DNA from: Octopus sinensis
Lineage: Eukaryota
DNA length: 64,000 nt
NCBI RefSeq assembly: GCF_006345805.1
Contig: NC_043000.1
Span: 98,146,001-98,210,000, forward strand
Direction: 5' to 3'
Translations under genes and position numbers: made by a program
The notes under the pieces: generated by a model
The model's database searches: none
The model's input: the letters and a program-made list of their open reading frames with translations, nothing else
What the model was told of the DNA's origin: nothing
Shown: in pieces, positions 22,294-35,970 of the stretch
How positions within the stretch are numbered: position 1 is the stretch's first letter
Layout of the letters: every line of letters starts with the position of its first letter

Positions 22294-25242
22294 CACACAT
22301 ACACACACATATGTACACACATACGTATGTATATGTGTGTATAAATATGTGCATATATATTTATATGTATATAATTGTATGTATGCATATATATAAATAT
22401 ATATATATATTTATGTACACAAATACACACACATATATAATTAGATGTCATTTGTTTTTCTGTCTATTGTTCCAGGCTAGCATGGTTTACATGTATAATA
22501 GTTTTACAGCTGGATGCTCTTCCTGTCACATACTCTTGTGGATTAACAATGATAGATACCAATGCTTTCATGTGGGAGGTTCACAATTTTTCAAGAGTTC
22601 CACTTAAGAATGTTGGTAATCCATTTCCATGTCATCTAACATGGAAGTGAATTTCTAAAATTTTTGAAGGGAATGTTTGAAAAATTGCAAGCACCCAACA
22701 TGAAAACCATTAGTAACATTGTTAATCTACAAATAAAGTATATACACACACACAGACATATTTTAACACTTACCTAAGAGGTCTAATTAGGTGTGCAGTG
22801 TATGTCACACACCTGTGTGTTCTCAAACAGCATGATCAATATTGGGAGAAGACTGGGAAAATTGGAAAAGCAAGGTACTCGTTATCTTCGTTATATAATT
22901 GAGTACTGTTTGATGAATACCAGTGGGATTTTGAACCCTTTGATACCAATGAAAACAGCCAGGATGTCTCTCTAACGGTTGCACCAATTCTGCTGTCCCC
23001 AACAACGAGCTACTGGCACCACCAGAGGGTAGCAATATTATCATTGAAGGCGTGAAATTGCATTTGACCCTCTGGCCAATAACTGATGAGGATTTGGTGA
23101 CCTTCTGTGTCTATTTTCCATTTGTCTGTGCATTTATTATAGTTTTTTTTTAATATATTTATATATCTTGTCAGTAGTCCATATATCCAAAAAAGAACAG
23201 TCTAAAGTATTAGAGCAGTGATATATTTCTTAGGAAGAAGTTATGGTTGGTCATAGAATGATCATTGGTTTCACACCTAGAAAGTGTTTAGCAGCATAGG
23301 AGACTCATCAGACTCATAAGGCTGAAGATGCATGAGGTTATGCACCTTCAGCCATTTAAGTCTGACAAGTTCCTTATACTGCTAAGTGCTTTATAGATGC
23401 AAAACCAATAACTGGCCATAACTTCTAACTTTCTAATATATATATGTATATATATACACACACACACACATATACTCAGTCATGAACTTTCAGAACTTAC
23501 AATTTCATATTAACAGAGAGAAAGACAGAATGCATAGGGGATGATTGTAAGAGGAAGAGTCACCAACTGAGGTTTGTCATATAAACAATAAACATGCAGG
23601 TCAACACTTTTCTTTGGTGGGCAATTTTTAAATATATTTGAAATTAGTTTTTAAACCTGTGTGTTTATTGCTTATGTTAAAAGGAATTATTTCCAGAAAA
23701 AAATCCCCCCAAAAAATCAGAAAACCCAAAAGTTAAAAAAAAAGAGCCACAAACTCAGAGAGCTGTGAAGTTGGGAAGACTGCGTAAAAGTCTGAATAAA
23801 CCAAGCAAGGATAATGAACATACACTACTTGTTTCAATTATCAACTAAGCTTGCTTTGATGATATAACCCAGGCCATGCTAAAATACTTTTAAAACTAGT
23901 GAAAGTATAAATGATTTAACACATTGTGTTAGATGTATCTTCTTAGTATATATAAAAGTAAATCAATTCTGTGTTGGTTTCAACAAGAGTTCCAGTTTTT
24001 CATTCAATGAAATTAACCATTCATAATCCTCAGACAGGCTCAGTGTTGTGACAATGCTGGTCATCTGAATTGCAGGCTGGTTCACCTTGTATTACAGTGC
24101 AAGAAACTGAGCATTCCACAGATCCATGTATCCTACATGTAACCCTGAAGTAGACTCAGTGTAGTATAGGCATGTCTGGTGACTAACAGAAACAGTGCTT
24201 CTGCAGGTCTTCTACATATATTCTGTCTATGAAATTTCACCTAGAAATCTTGGGCTGATCTGAGGCTATGGTAGAAGATATTTGCCCAAGCCAGACCCAA
24301 TAGGATCAAACCTTAGTGGCTCATGATTGCTAAAGGAACTTCTTAGTGATTCAACTGGGTCTGTGCCCTACATAACACACTTTTATTTTTATTTGTTAAA
24401 ATACTGATTCCTGCTCATGGAGAAAACAATTGGTCTCTTTCAACCTTTTTGTTGATTATATATAAGTGCATTTCAATGTATTGTATTGCCATGTGAATTA
24501 CAATAATGTAGTGTAATTCACAGGAGCAATCATGGGACAAGGGGGTTCACTATTAAAAGCTCTTGTCTTTGTGCATAACTTATTTATCAAAGTGGTTTTG
24601 ATTCCCAAATTAGATAGTGCATTGCATTCTTGAACAAAGTATTTAATTTCACATGGCTCTGCGATCACTTTGATACCAGACATGTAACACACTGTGCACC
24701 TGTACAAGCGATGTTGATTTGATGGAGGGAGTGAGCAAATGCACAACAAAAACATTTTAGCAATATAAACAAATTATCTGTACAGGTTGTTCAGCAAGAA
24801 CTTGCAGAAATATCATTCTCAGACTTGAAGGGGTTACAAAGAAGAAGATTTATTAAAGCAAATCATCTTATGTGGTGTTCATTCATTTCTGAGTTGTACC
24901 CAAAGAGATATCCAAATTTAACACTACTTTATTCATTAGAGTACCTAATTATAGTTTGGTGGAGAGGAATACTTCAGAGACAAGAGTCTTGGCAATAGAC
25001 AGAATACACTCCTGATGTCAAGAGAGGAACTGTGAAACTACTGGCTGATTGGGAGTATTATTGGGTGAAGGAAGTTGTAGAGAGAGAAGTGGACAGTGGA
25101 AAAAAACTGACAGGAGAAATATTGATTCGATGCTGAATATGTGTAGGTCACTATTCAGCGCTTTAACATAGTGTTTGTGTGTGTGTATATATACATAAAT
25201 ATGTAGATATATATAGATAAATACCCTCATAAACATAGATAA

Positions 25243-25279
<37 letters not shown>

Positions 25280-25386
25280 TAAATACATGTATACAGAGAT
25301 ATGTACACGTATAATTACATACATTCATATAAGTGTGACTGTGTGTGTATATATATATATATATATATGCAGATAGATAAATAACT

Positions 25387-25418
<32 letters not shown>

Positions 25419-25445
25419 AATGTTTATATAGATATGTACAAGTAT

Positions 25446-25485
<40 letters not shown>

Positions 25486-25855
25486 TTATACACATACATT
25501 TGTAAATAAATATGTACAAATGTATGTGCACGTGTGAATATGTATATGTAAATATATATTCATATACACATGTGTGCATGTGTAGAGTAGTATTATGACA
25601 TATTCAATAAAGCTGACACTTCACATTCCCAAACTTATAGTAACAAATTAGCAATGAGAAACTTTAAGTTAGAAAATGTGAAAGGTTGGTTTTAGTGTGT
25701 GTGTGTTGTGTGTGTGTGTGTGTGTGTGTATGCATGTGTGTATATGCACATACACACACACATTCATTCAGTGAAATAACAAAAAGAAACTTCAACCAAC
25801 TCAAATCTTGTCACAAACAAACATATGCATTCATACACTCATATATCATTGCATT

Positions 25856-25980
25856 TTACTGTCGTCGAAGGTTCTCTAAACGGGCTTCTAAGTCAGCATC
25901 TGCATCGTTGACTCCTGCTGCTGCTGCCTGAGCTTGTTGTTTAGCTCCAGGAGCCAGAGTGCCACTGGCACTGGGTAGTC
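25856..25980 (-). CDS. CHMP2A: CHMP2A coding exon 5 (last): (G)LPSASGTLAPGAKQQAQAAAAGVNDADADLEARLENLRRQ*
   Basis: Acceptor ..TGATACAG at 25981-25982, phase matches exon 4; C-terminal MIM1-type motif DLEARLENLRR; TAA at 25856-25858. Confidence 0.95.
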
Positions 25981-26197
25981 CTGTATCACAAGAGAGAAAT
26001 GGAGAGAAACGTAAATAAAAAGAAATTAGTAAGATATCAAATATAACAGGTAATTAAAGAGAGGGATGAGAAAACGCTTAGCTGCGACTCGCATGCAAGT
26101 ATGATCTGATAGCTGGTATGATGCTTTTGCTAATTGTTTTAGGTGCCTATGTAGTTGCAAGCAGATGCAAACATTCTCTTGATCCCCCTCCCTTCAT

Positions 26198-27900
26198 CTA
26201 CTGGAAAAACATGGATGTGACTGCTGGAGAGAGAGAGCAATAATTCCAAACGATTTTCCAGTCAGTATTTAATAATGAAATTGGTCTAAATTGTCCTAGT
26301 GTTTTTGCATCTTTCTCTTTAGGTAGATAGATACCTTCGGCTATACACCATTGCTCCGCTACATCTTTCTTCTTCCACATTTCTCTTATCAGTGCAAACA
26401 GCTGCAAATTTCGGGCAATATTTATATACCTTGTAGCTCACTCCATTGTTCCCTGGTGAACTTTTTGTTCTTGCTTTTCTTATGAACTCATCCATTTCTT
26501 TCTGTTTGATGCCACTCAAATCAAATGGTACCCTTGGTTCAGGTGGTTTCTTCAGTCCATGCATTTCTGGGAGTACTTTATTTCTGTCAGAGTCACTGTA
26601 TGTCTCTTTCAGATGTTGTTCGAGCTCTTCTTTCATGCAATCCAATTTTCCACTTTTACTGTCGGTAAATAGATGTTTCGCATTTTGATAGGGATTGTTC
26701 ACAAAGCTACGATAGTTTTTCTCTCTCCTTTCTTCTGCTCCTCCTTCTTTGTTTTCTTAGCAGATCTCGATGCCTCTTTTTTATCTCTTCATATAGCTGC
26801 TTTAGCCCTTCTCTTTCCTCCTCCTTTGCATCCCTCCATTTTGTTCTGAGTTTTTTCTTCTCTTCTCGAATCTTTGCAATCCGTCTTTCTCTCTTCAATG
26901 GTCTGCTCTTTGCTGTTGATTCTACCTTCCCTGTTGTTTTCAGTCCAAATCTTTTCTCTCCTTCCTGGTAGATTGTTTTAGCCAGGTTTTTGAGCTTTTG
27001 TTCGTTGTTGCCTTTGAATTTAGTGGTCCTTCTTGCTACCTCGTCGTCAAATTTTTTATAACTTGCCGCATCATTTGCTTTCGGCCACTTAACCTTTGTC
27101 CTCTTCACGCCTATCAGTCTTTTTGACTGTTCCAATTCAACTGTGGAATGAACCTCACTATGGTTATTTTCCAGGAGGTTCTGGCCACACGTCTTATGGT
27201 ATATCAACCTGCGTTGTTGAATTACTTTCTTCTGACACACCTTCCCTTGGTGGATTCTCAGCCCGATGTAACTAGCAAACACCTTTCCGCAGCAGCTGAA
27301 CTCCTCATCTACCATTCCTTTACCGCTTCCTTTCTCATTGTCCATTTCCGGTTCAAGTCCATTTCATTTTTTTCCATTCCTATTTGATCTTTTATTCTCC
27401 CCCCATGGTCCGGAATCATGGGGGCATGATTTCCTATGCTTCTTTGTTGCAATTTTACCCCAGATCGGGCTGCAAGCCCATTTGATCCTTCGTTACGCTG
27501 TCGTACTGTCAAGCATCTCTCCGCTTTGTCATCCCTCTTTCTGGATTGTCAGTAAGTCTTTCCCTGCAGTCAGTATCTGAGGAATTTCAACCGTGTTTCG
27601 TGGTCTGCTACCACAACTGCTCCTTTATAGGATCCAGTTAGCTCAAGACATCTTCAGGAGGAGCCACATCTGGTTTCAGCCCCTACTCCTCTACCGTTTT
27701 GACGTGACAGAGCCCACCCCCCTTTTGGAAGTGTCTTCAGCTCTGGTGTTGGGTGCATGTCTTCTTTCTTCTGTTCCCTGGCCTCTTCGATGTAGCGTCA
27801 ACGAGTGTCAGCAGGCGACTGACTGTCTTGTCAAATTTCCCTTTAAATACCTGCTGCTAGGCTCCAGCAGGCAGCCCCAGCAAGTTGTCACATGACACTG
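26198..27900 (-). mobile_element. HERO-like (R2 group) non-LTR retrotransposon, 5' half only, frameshifted, in the last CHMP2A intron
   Basis: N-terminal zinc finger SCCGKVFASYIGLRIHQGKVC, VKWPKAND, basic coil, ARTKSSPGNNGVSYKVYKYCP, AEGIYLPKE..QFRPISLLN (RT domains 0/1); homology stops after domain 1. Confidence 0.75.
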
Positions 27901-28828
27901 TCTCAACTGTTTACCTGTGTAAACATCAAAGCTACAAGAATTCCATAATGTGATTTGTTTTAACGATTTCTTAGAGCAGTTGTATATGGCTGGATTTGGC
28001 TGGTTTGAACAAATAAAGGGGAATTAATTTCAACTGGTTTGAACACTAAAAGGTTAAATAAATGATATGAGTATCCATATGTAGACATAACCCACCAAAA
28101 ACCAGGAATATATATCCTGGCACTTCACCATATCAGCTCTCTCCTGCTCTTTCTTGCATTATTGTTTTCTCCCACTCTCACTCTTTCTCTTGTTCTTCCC
28201 TCTGGCTGGGTAACCATGTATCTCCTCTACAGTAGCACATCTGTTTCTGTCTGCATTCTTGATCACTCTCTGTTTCTGTCCCCTTTCTTGTTACCTTTCT
28301 CTTCCTCTCCCTTGGCTGGGTAACCATGTATCTCCTCTATAGCAAAACACCCGTTTCTCTCTCTTTGTCACACTTTAATCTTTCATCATCTGACACAAGA
28401 TCACCTCCTTAAATACTTTCTCCCCTCTCAAAATTTTTTGTTTTGGAAGTTACCGAGTGACCCTGCTGGTGCAGGTGCTATGTAAAAAGCATCCAGTCCA
28501 CACTGGGAAGTGGTTGGATTTTTGGAAGGGTATCCTCACCTGTGCTGGTACCATGTAAAAAGCACTCAGTCCAGTCTCTGGGGTGGTTGCTGTTAGGAAG
28601 GGCATCTGGCCATAAAAACCATGCCAAAACAGACACAGTAGCCTGATGTAGGCTTCTATCTGACTGGCTCCTGTCAAACCATTCAATCCATACCAGCATG
28701 GAAGATGGACATTAAATGATGATGATGCTGAAGATGAATGAATAATAAGACATTCAACTCAGAAGTGTATAATGTAAGGAAATCATAAATGTTAGATAAA
28801 ATGGTTAAAATAAAAGATGACAATTTAC

Positions 28829-28890
28829 CAGATAGTTCCTCTGACATCTGTAGACCTAATTCATCAAGAACTTGTGCTACAATTGCATCA
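28829..28890 (-). CDS. CHMP2A: CHMP2A coding exon 4: (T)DAIVAQVLDELGLQMSEELS(G)
   Basis: Acceptor TTCTTTTCAG, donor GTAAAT; 62 nt, phases fit the neighbouring exons; QVLDELGL is conserved in CHMP2. Confidence 0.95.
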
Positions 28891-28951
28891 CTGAAAAGAA
28901 ACCAGATGAAAAGTTACAACAGAAATCAAACACACAATTATTATACATATT

Positions 28952-30254
28952 CAGGGTGCAATAGGTAAATTGTCACTATTATATACTTTTAATTTTGTGC
29001 ATGTGCATTGTTTGTTTTTGATTTTGTTGACTACACAGTATAGTAGGGTCAGTTGGGCACCATCTGTGAGAAAAACAGCACCATGATGCAATTCACTCGG
29101 TCAGAAATTTGGAAACAACATGCTGTACTGCTTAGCATTCATCATGGAAGCTCCAATATGAACATTTCAATTGTTTGGTTGTCAATCTGAGGACAGTGTA
29201 GAGGATCCGGAAATAGTTGGATGAGTCTAATGGTGATTACAAAGGCACGGCAGCTCGGAAAACACACTCTGATCATTATGATAAGAAAAGAACTCTTAAA
29301 TTTGTTGGTGAGATCCAGGCCATGATTGATAACGATCCTTCCAAGTCAATCAGGTCCTTCACCAGGGACATGGGAGTGTCTGAGTTTCTTATCAGGCAGG
29401 TAGTGCATGAAAACATTAGGTATTCCTCATACAAAATGAGAAAGGGCCAATTTTTATCCCAAGTCATCAAGGACAAGAAGAAAGACCGTGCTACAAAGCT
29501 TTTGAACAAACTTAAGCATCCCCTCCAACTGAGCATGCTTTGGTTTTTCTCAGATGAGAAAAATTTCTGCCAGGATCAGATGGTGAACACACTGAACTGT
29601 AGGTTTGCTGTGTCTCCAAAACATGTACCGAGAGTGATAGGAATCAAACATCCAGTCAACATCATAGTGTTTGGAGTGATCATTAGTAATGAATGACGGC
29701 AATGTCATGCCTCCATTCATCTTCCCACACGGCCTCAGACTCAACATGGAGGCCTACATCAAGTGACTGGAGGAGGTAGTGCTGCCCTGGGTTAAGCAGG
29801 TGGCTGCTGGAAGAATCTATGTCTGACATCAGGACTCTGCACCATGCCACACAAGCAGGAGAACCCAGTTATGACTGTCAGACAATTTCTGCGACCACAT
29901 CACCCCTAACATCTGGCCGCCTAACTTCCCAGACTGCAACCCCCTTAATTATTATGTGTGGGGTGCAGTTAAGTGAGAGACTAACAAAACTCCTTGTAAC
30001 ATCAAAGATGAACTGAAAGCAAGGATTATGGCAGCATTTACAAGCTTAAACAAGCAGACTATCCAGAAGAGTTGCAGGGGATTCTGAAGTTGTCTGAAGG
30101 CTGTGGTTGAAGCCAATGGTGATTTTATTGAATAAATTTACTCTTTAGTATTTCAAGATATTTTTATTTGATTTTGGTAAACATATCTGTTAAAATGAGA
30201 CATCAGTGTTATTTTCATTTCTGCGTTTTTTTGATAACAATTTATTCACTACAC

Positions 30255-30258
<4 letters not shown>
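28952..30258 (+). mobile_element. Tc1/mariner superfamily transposon, DD37D (maT) type, decayed, full length with TIRs
   Basis: TIRs CAGGGTGCAATAGGTAAATTGT / reverse complement CATGGTGTAGTGAATAAATTGT; WFFSDEKNF, QDSAPCH, WPPNFPDCNPL(N)Y with 37 codons between the second and third acidic positions. Confidence 0.85.
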
Positions 30259-30287
<29 letters not shown>

Positions 30288-30426
30288 ATGTGTGCACGCA
30301 TGTGTGTGGATGCAACAAAACCTCCATAAACTAGGTACCCCTAAACAAACTTAATCCTATGAGAAGTAGAATTTCAATGAAGGACAACTTAGAACCATGA
30401 GAACACAAGATACAAAAGGTTCACAA

Positions 30427-30470
30427 TCAAGCGACACATCAAATGTACACATTCATCATCAGCCGCTTAA
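30427..30470 (-). ncRNA. Decayed minimal type I hammerhead ribozyme-like motif
   Basis: Reverse complement: TTAAGCGG-CTGATGA-T-GAATG(TGTA)CATTT-GA--TGTG-TCGCTTGA; 8-bp stem I and stem II present; GAAA/CGCG region eroded in a CpG-decay-like pattern. Confidence 0.55.
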
Positions 30471-31763
30471 CAGATATCATTATGGTTTTGACATCTGGGA
30501 AGTAGCATTCAATCTGACAATGTCAACAGTGATAAACATTGCTTAGGAATTAATAGGCAAGAAGCAGAAATGAAACATTAGTGGGAAATACCTGTTACAT
30601 CTACACCTGCTTATTGTTACATCAATCTCAAACATAAATTATTGTATGTATGTAGCTGTGTGTATACTTAACAAGGACTTACTTGAGGCAGGGTTTTACA
30701 ACTGAATGCTCTTCCTGTCATCAACCCTTACCTGTTTTCAAGTACAATGTATGTAATTGTACACATATGCTTGTATCCACATAGATATGAGTATGGATGA
30801 AGGCATGACTGTATAGTTAAGATTATTTTACAACTGTATGGTTTCAGGTTTGAAAAAAACACTCATTTGTATATAATATATGGGTATGTTTAAATGCACT
30901 CGTGTATGTGTGTGTGTACACATGTATATGAATGTTAGCACTAGTGTATATATGCGTATGTGAATATTTCAAACAATGGAAAAAGTTTTATACAGTGAGG
31001 AAGAAAAGAAGTGTAATGTACTGACTCTACTGCTCGTATGTGCACCCACAGACACTTGTCAACATCTTTTGGGTTTGGGTGACTAAAGGAATTGCCCTGG
31101 GGAAGACAAACTACATACAGTAGGAAGGCCACAGCTTGGAAGTTTGCAGGAGAATAGAGTTAGTCCTTAGTTACTATTATTTGCAGGTCTGCTCTGGCTG
31201 GGGGTAGTAGTACTTATCAAAGGCACCAGTTTTGGGTCAAACGACAGAAGATGGTCCTGTGGCTACAAATACATATTAGTCAATGTTCTACCTAGGTCAT
31301 CCATAGCATTTTATGTTTTGGATCAGAAGAGATAGTTTTTATGACAATATAAGTTGGATGGAGAGAGAAAAGAGAAAATTGGAATCTCTGATATATACGG
31401 TTTGATGTGCAGCAGTGGTGTTGCTTGTCAACATTGTCAAATTGTTAGTGTTTTGATTTTGTTTGTCAATTCTTAAAGACATTTCATTTGGAAGCCTTTA
31501 TGTTTTGACTTACAAATACCTAACAACTCATGGCATGATGTATGCATATGTATGTATGATTAATTATGGAAACAATAAAACATACATTTGTATGGTTTAT
31601 AATGTATATGATTTATTATGAAAATATTTATTCTTAGAACTATGCATAGATCTATAAGCACATATATAAATAATATATAAGAGTAGAGGAAGAAATAAAA
31701 ACATGAACATGGCATTGAGCAGATGACGTGGTCAAGTCAACAAAAAGTATGCGTGTGTTCATA

Positions 31764-31794
<31 letters not shown>

Positions 31795-31822
31795 ATATAT
31801 ATATATATATATATATAGATAG

Positions 31823-31853
<31 letters not shown>

Positions 31854-32133
31854 GATAAATGGATATAGATATATTTACACACAAAAACATATATCACATA
31901 TATAATATAAAACACCTGAACAAAGTAACATATGTTTGATCTGAGAGAGATTTGGATACTATATCTAGAATCTTCCCTTGCAATCTCCTTTAATTAGGTG
32001 CTGTTTCACCATGAATCAAAGCAGTGTCCCAGTTCAATGAGGTGACATAGTTGATAGCAGTCTTCCTGGATGGTTGCAGACCAATGACTGAAACCAGTGA
32101 AAGAATAAAATAAGGAAAGCTTTATCAACATAC

Positions 32134-32261
32134 GTTTCTTCTTCATCATCTTCTCCCATTGCATCATCAATGGCATCGTTCATCATTTCTTCCTTCATAT
32201 CCATCATCTCAGACTGTTTCTCAAATTCCATCATGATCTTTTGAATCTGAGGTAACTTCAG
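32134..32261 (-). CDS. CHMP2A: CHMP2A coding exon 3: LKLPQIQKIMMEFEKQSEMMDMKEEMMNDAIDDAMGEDDEEE(T)
   Basis: Acceptor TCTTTCAG, donor GTATGT; 128 nt; near-identical to known CHMP2A sequence. Confidence 0.97.
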
Positions 32262-33276
32262 CTGAAAGATAAATAAATTAGAAGTTAATACTTTGATATT
32301 CCAGATTGTTTCAGGTTTTCAAGTTTCAAATTCGGCAGCCTGCAATCTATTAATAGTTTCATCACTGGTTTTCATATATGTGTGCATATGAGTGAATGTG
32401 TATGTATGTGTGTGAGAGAGAGGGAAAAGAGGGAGAAACAAGTGACAGGGCCAATCACAGGTTTACTGCATTTCTAATGGTCAGTGGAACAAAAAAAAAA
32501 AAAACTATTTGCTGACAGACTGTATCACTTGTTTCCACAGATTTAGCTGATTTATTTTGATATCAAAATCAAATGTTAACAAATTCTTCAAGAGAAGTTA
32601 TCTGTCCATTTGTAGGTACCATTTTCTATTATATACAAAGTGGACTGGAAAAAATAAAACAAAAAAAAAACCCCAACAAACAAACAAACAAACAAAGTTG
32701 GATTAATTCAGTAGTAATATTATTTCGTTTCTGTGGTGCTTCATTGCCAACAATGACAATAGCTTCTCATTTAGGCACAGGGCCAGTAATTTTTGAGGAG
32801 AATAGGTTAGTTGAGAACATTGATTTCAGTACTTGACTGGTATATTGTTTTATTGACTCCAGAAGGATGAAAGGCAAAGTTGATTTGAACTCAAAAAGTT
32901 GTAACTAAATACAGCAAGACCTTTTGTTAGAGGCTCTAACGGTTCTTTGGCAAAGTCTTTGAGTTTAGAACAATTAAATACTGCAATATGTATGGACTGG
33001 TGCTGAGAGCCTCAGCCTGTTTGAAATAGTAGCTAAATCTTCATCAAATCATACTTTGTCTTAGAAAAATAAGACAGACTAAATAATGCAGTCTTACAGT
33101 ACACTGAAAAAGATAGGATGGTTTACAGCTGGAAAGTCTTCAATCATAGTTTTGCTCAACTATGGCTAACTTGAATGGTTAAATGACAACATTGCTGCTG
33201 TCACTGCCAGTAAGACATTTTTATCTTTATAAACAAGAAAAGAAAAACAAACAAAAATAGCAAACTGTCTACCAAC

Positions 33277-33456
33277 CTGCTTGTTCATAGTTTGCATAGC
33301 TCGTGTAACACCTTTCATTGCTTGGGCCATGGCATTATTAGAGCGTAGTGTTTGGATTTTCAGTGAGACAGCTTGAATATTGGCCTTCATTAAAATAAAC
33401 TTCTTGACATATCGCCTCGTACGCACCAAATCTTTGGCCATGATTTTTACAGCATC
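33277..33456 (-). CDS. CHMP2A: CHMP2A coding exon 2: DAVKIMAKDLVRTRRYVKKFILMKANIQAVSLKIQTLRSNNAMAQAMKGVTRAMQTMNKQ
   Basis: Acceptor CCTTTAG, donor GTTGGT; 180 nt, phase 0; Snf7/ESCRT-III core. Confidence 0.97.
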
Positions 33457-35379
33457 CTAAAGGACCATAGATAAACAGAAATAACAATGAATATAAAAAA
33501 TTTAATTAATAATGGTTACATTTCAAAAGCCTATGAGATTAATCTTGTTATATTTCTGTTGAAATACACTGTCATTGTCTTAAGTACTTCTGAAAATAAT
33601 GAAGAATTTACTAAAATAACTGTCATTATTAAGTCAGTGTTTGGGACATAAATTAACGTGAAATTCTGACAGAAGGTTTCAATTTGAATCACATTAAAAC
33701 AAAGTTTATATCATAGAAACATAGGCAGTCTGAGGTAGGTTGGTATCAAAAGGTTGACAAAAATAGATCGACAATATCTATTTTCCCCAATGCTTTTCTT
33801 ATAATCCTTTTGAAATACAACTTGTAGGTGTAGGTGTGGTTAAGAAGCTTGTTTCCTAACCATGCAGTCTCAGGTTCAGCCCCACTGTGCAGCACCTCAA
33901 GCAAATGTCTTCTACTAAAGCCCTGGGCTAACCAAAGCCTTGTGAATGGTAGACAGAAACTGAAAGAAGTGAGTGTGTGTGTGTGTGTGCACTTTTCTTG
34001 ATCATACAAGAGATGTTTATTACCAGTTTGCCGTGAAAATCACATCTGGCCATGGGGAAATATTACCTTGTTTTTAGTGGCATCTAAAAGCCCTTTCTCT
34101 TTAACACTTACTGATTCTCTCCCTAACAATGTATCTTCTCACTTTTTAGTTATGTCTTATTTGCACAATACAGCTTCCTTTATACTCTTTTTCTTTCATC
34201 TTTACATTTTAGTGATGAATTAGTTTTTGTGTACATCATCATCATCATCATTTAACGTCTATTGTCCCTGCTGGCATAAGTTGGATGGTTTGACCGGGCT
34301 GGAAGGCTGCACCAGGCTCCAGGATGGTTTTCTACAGCTGGATGCCCTACCTAATGCCAACCACTCTGAAAGTATTATGGGTCTTTTATGTGCCATTTGC
34401 GTGACACTGGGGTGCTTTTACATTCCACTGGCATGTGTGGCATTTGCATGACACTGCTATCTGCCACAACTGCTATTTTGCTCAGCTTGATGGGTCTTCT
34501 TCTCAAGCAGGACATAATGCCAAAGGCCTTGGTCATTGCCTCCATGTTCCTCACTCCCACAGAGTTTTATACAGCTTCTTATTTTTAACAATGAAAGAAA
34601 AGTTCTGTGTTATGGTTGCTGTTACTTTTCACCCCTGACAGCTCTGATCAAGCAGACCCAAGTTCGAAGATATTCCAACCAAAACTATTCAATCCTTTTA
34701 TTCAAATGTACTGTAGCTATGATTAATTCATAAATCCTAACATTTAACAAGACAGCAGGATGTGATTTGACTGCTATTTTGAGCAACCACAAACTCTCCC
34801 TCATTAGCTTGTGAAACACACTGTTGCTTGCCAGGTAAACAACCTCAGCACTTTATTAAATTGTGTTTTTATCTTTGCTACTGCATTTTTTTAAAGATTG
34901 TAATTTCCCAAGTGGGAACTGAAACTTTTGGTTCGTGCAGTGAGAATATAGAATTAAAACCAACTCACCATTTGGGAAATAGTTTTTCTTTCATAATTCT
35001 AATACTTAGTTAAATTCAATATTCTAGAACAAGGGTAACAAGTGGATGCAAATGCAAATTAATGTATGATGTGAATATATGCATCAAGTGTTTAGATGTA
35101 ACTATCATGATGTACCTAAGTATGTGTGTGTTTACACATACATTCACAGGTTACATAGGTTTTATGTAACTGTCATAACAAAAATATTTTTCATGTAAAT
35201 TTACACATGCATTAGTGTACATAACAGTGTGTGTATGTGTGTGTGGGGGGGTGTATGTATGTGGTTAACGAAACTGATTACATTTAATAACTGATCCGAA
35301 ACAAAAAACAGTATGAAAATTAAACATCAGAAATGGAGCAAATTAGCTATTTGGAATTGAAAAGGAAATTAGGGCAACA

Positions 35380-35970
35380 AGCAATACAAGGATTGACAAA
35401 AGATGGTGAAGAAATGGAAAGATGTACCAGAGCAAATATAATTTTAAAAAAAGCATTATAAAATGCTTAAATATCTGCGAAAGCAAAGAATAGGTACTTT
35501 AAATATGAAACTGAAGATAAATACAGCAACCTACTAAATGAAGCAAAGGTAGTAGCTGATAGATGACGAGAGTATTTTGAAGAAATTCAGTCACAAAGCA
35601 GGGGTAGTTAGCAATGTGCTAAAACAATCAAGAAATGAAAGCCCCTTTAATATTCAGCATGAGCTAAAATGCACTTTAGAAGTTATACAAGCAATCAATC
35701 CCCTGGAATGCAATAAATCCCTTAGAATAGACAACATAAATTGCAGAACTGTTGAAGCATGGTGGTGAATGTGTCACTAAAATTTTTGTAAAATTTGTAG
35801 AGTTTTCTGTACTATAGAATGGTTAAGTAAATGGATTAAATTGTTATATCATGGCTAATGAAAGGAAATGCTAAGTGTGAAAATAATTGCATAATTAGTG
35901 TTTAATGGTATAATTAGTTTAATTAGACACTCAAGCAAAGTTATGCTCTATGTTTTAATTGTGAGAATGA
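35380..35970 (+). mobile_element. Highly decayed RTE-clade LINE fragment (N-terminal RT region)
   Basis: EDKYSNLLNEAKVVADR*REYF, EVIQAINPLECNKSLRIDNI, ISLIRHSSKVMLYVL resemble RTE RT domains 0-1. Confidence 0.6.

Noticed and set aside
24382-24393. Candidate CHMP2A polyadenylation signal (AATAAA on the minus strand followed by GT-rich sequence)
   Set aside because: Several equally plausible AATAAA hexamers occur in this AT-rich region; cannot be assigned without transcript data
31000-31400. Possible Penelope RT/linker coding remnants (also 18180-18420, 41470-41640)
   Set aside because: Only vague motif resemblance by eye; cannot be supported without a profile search
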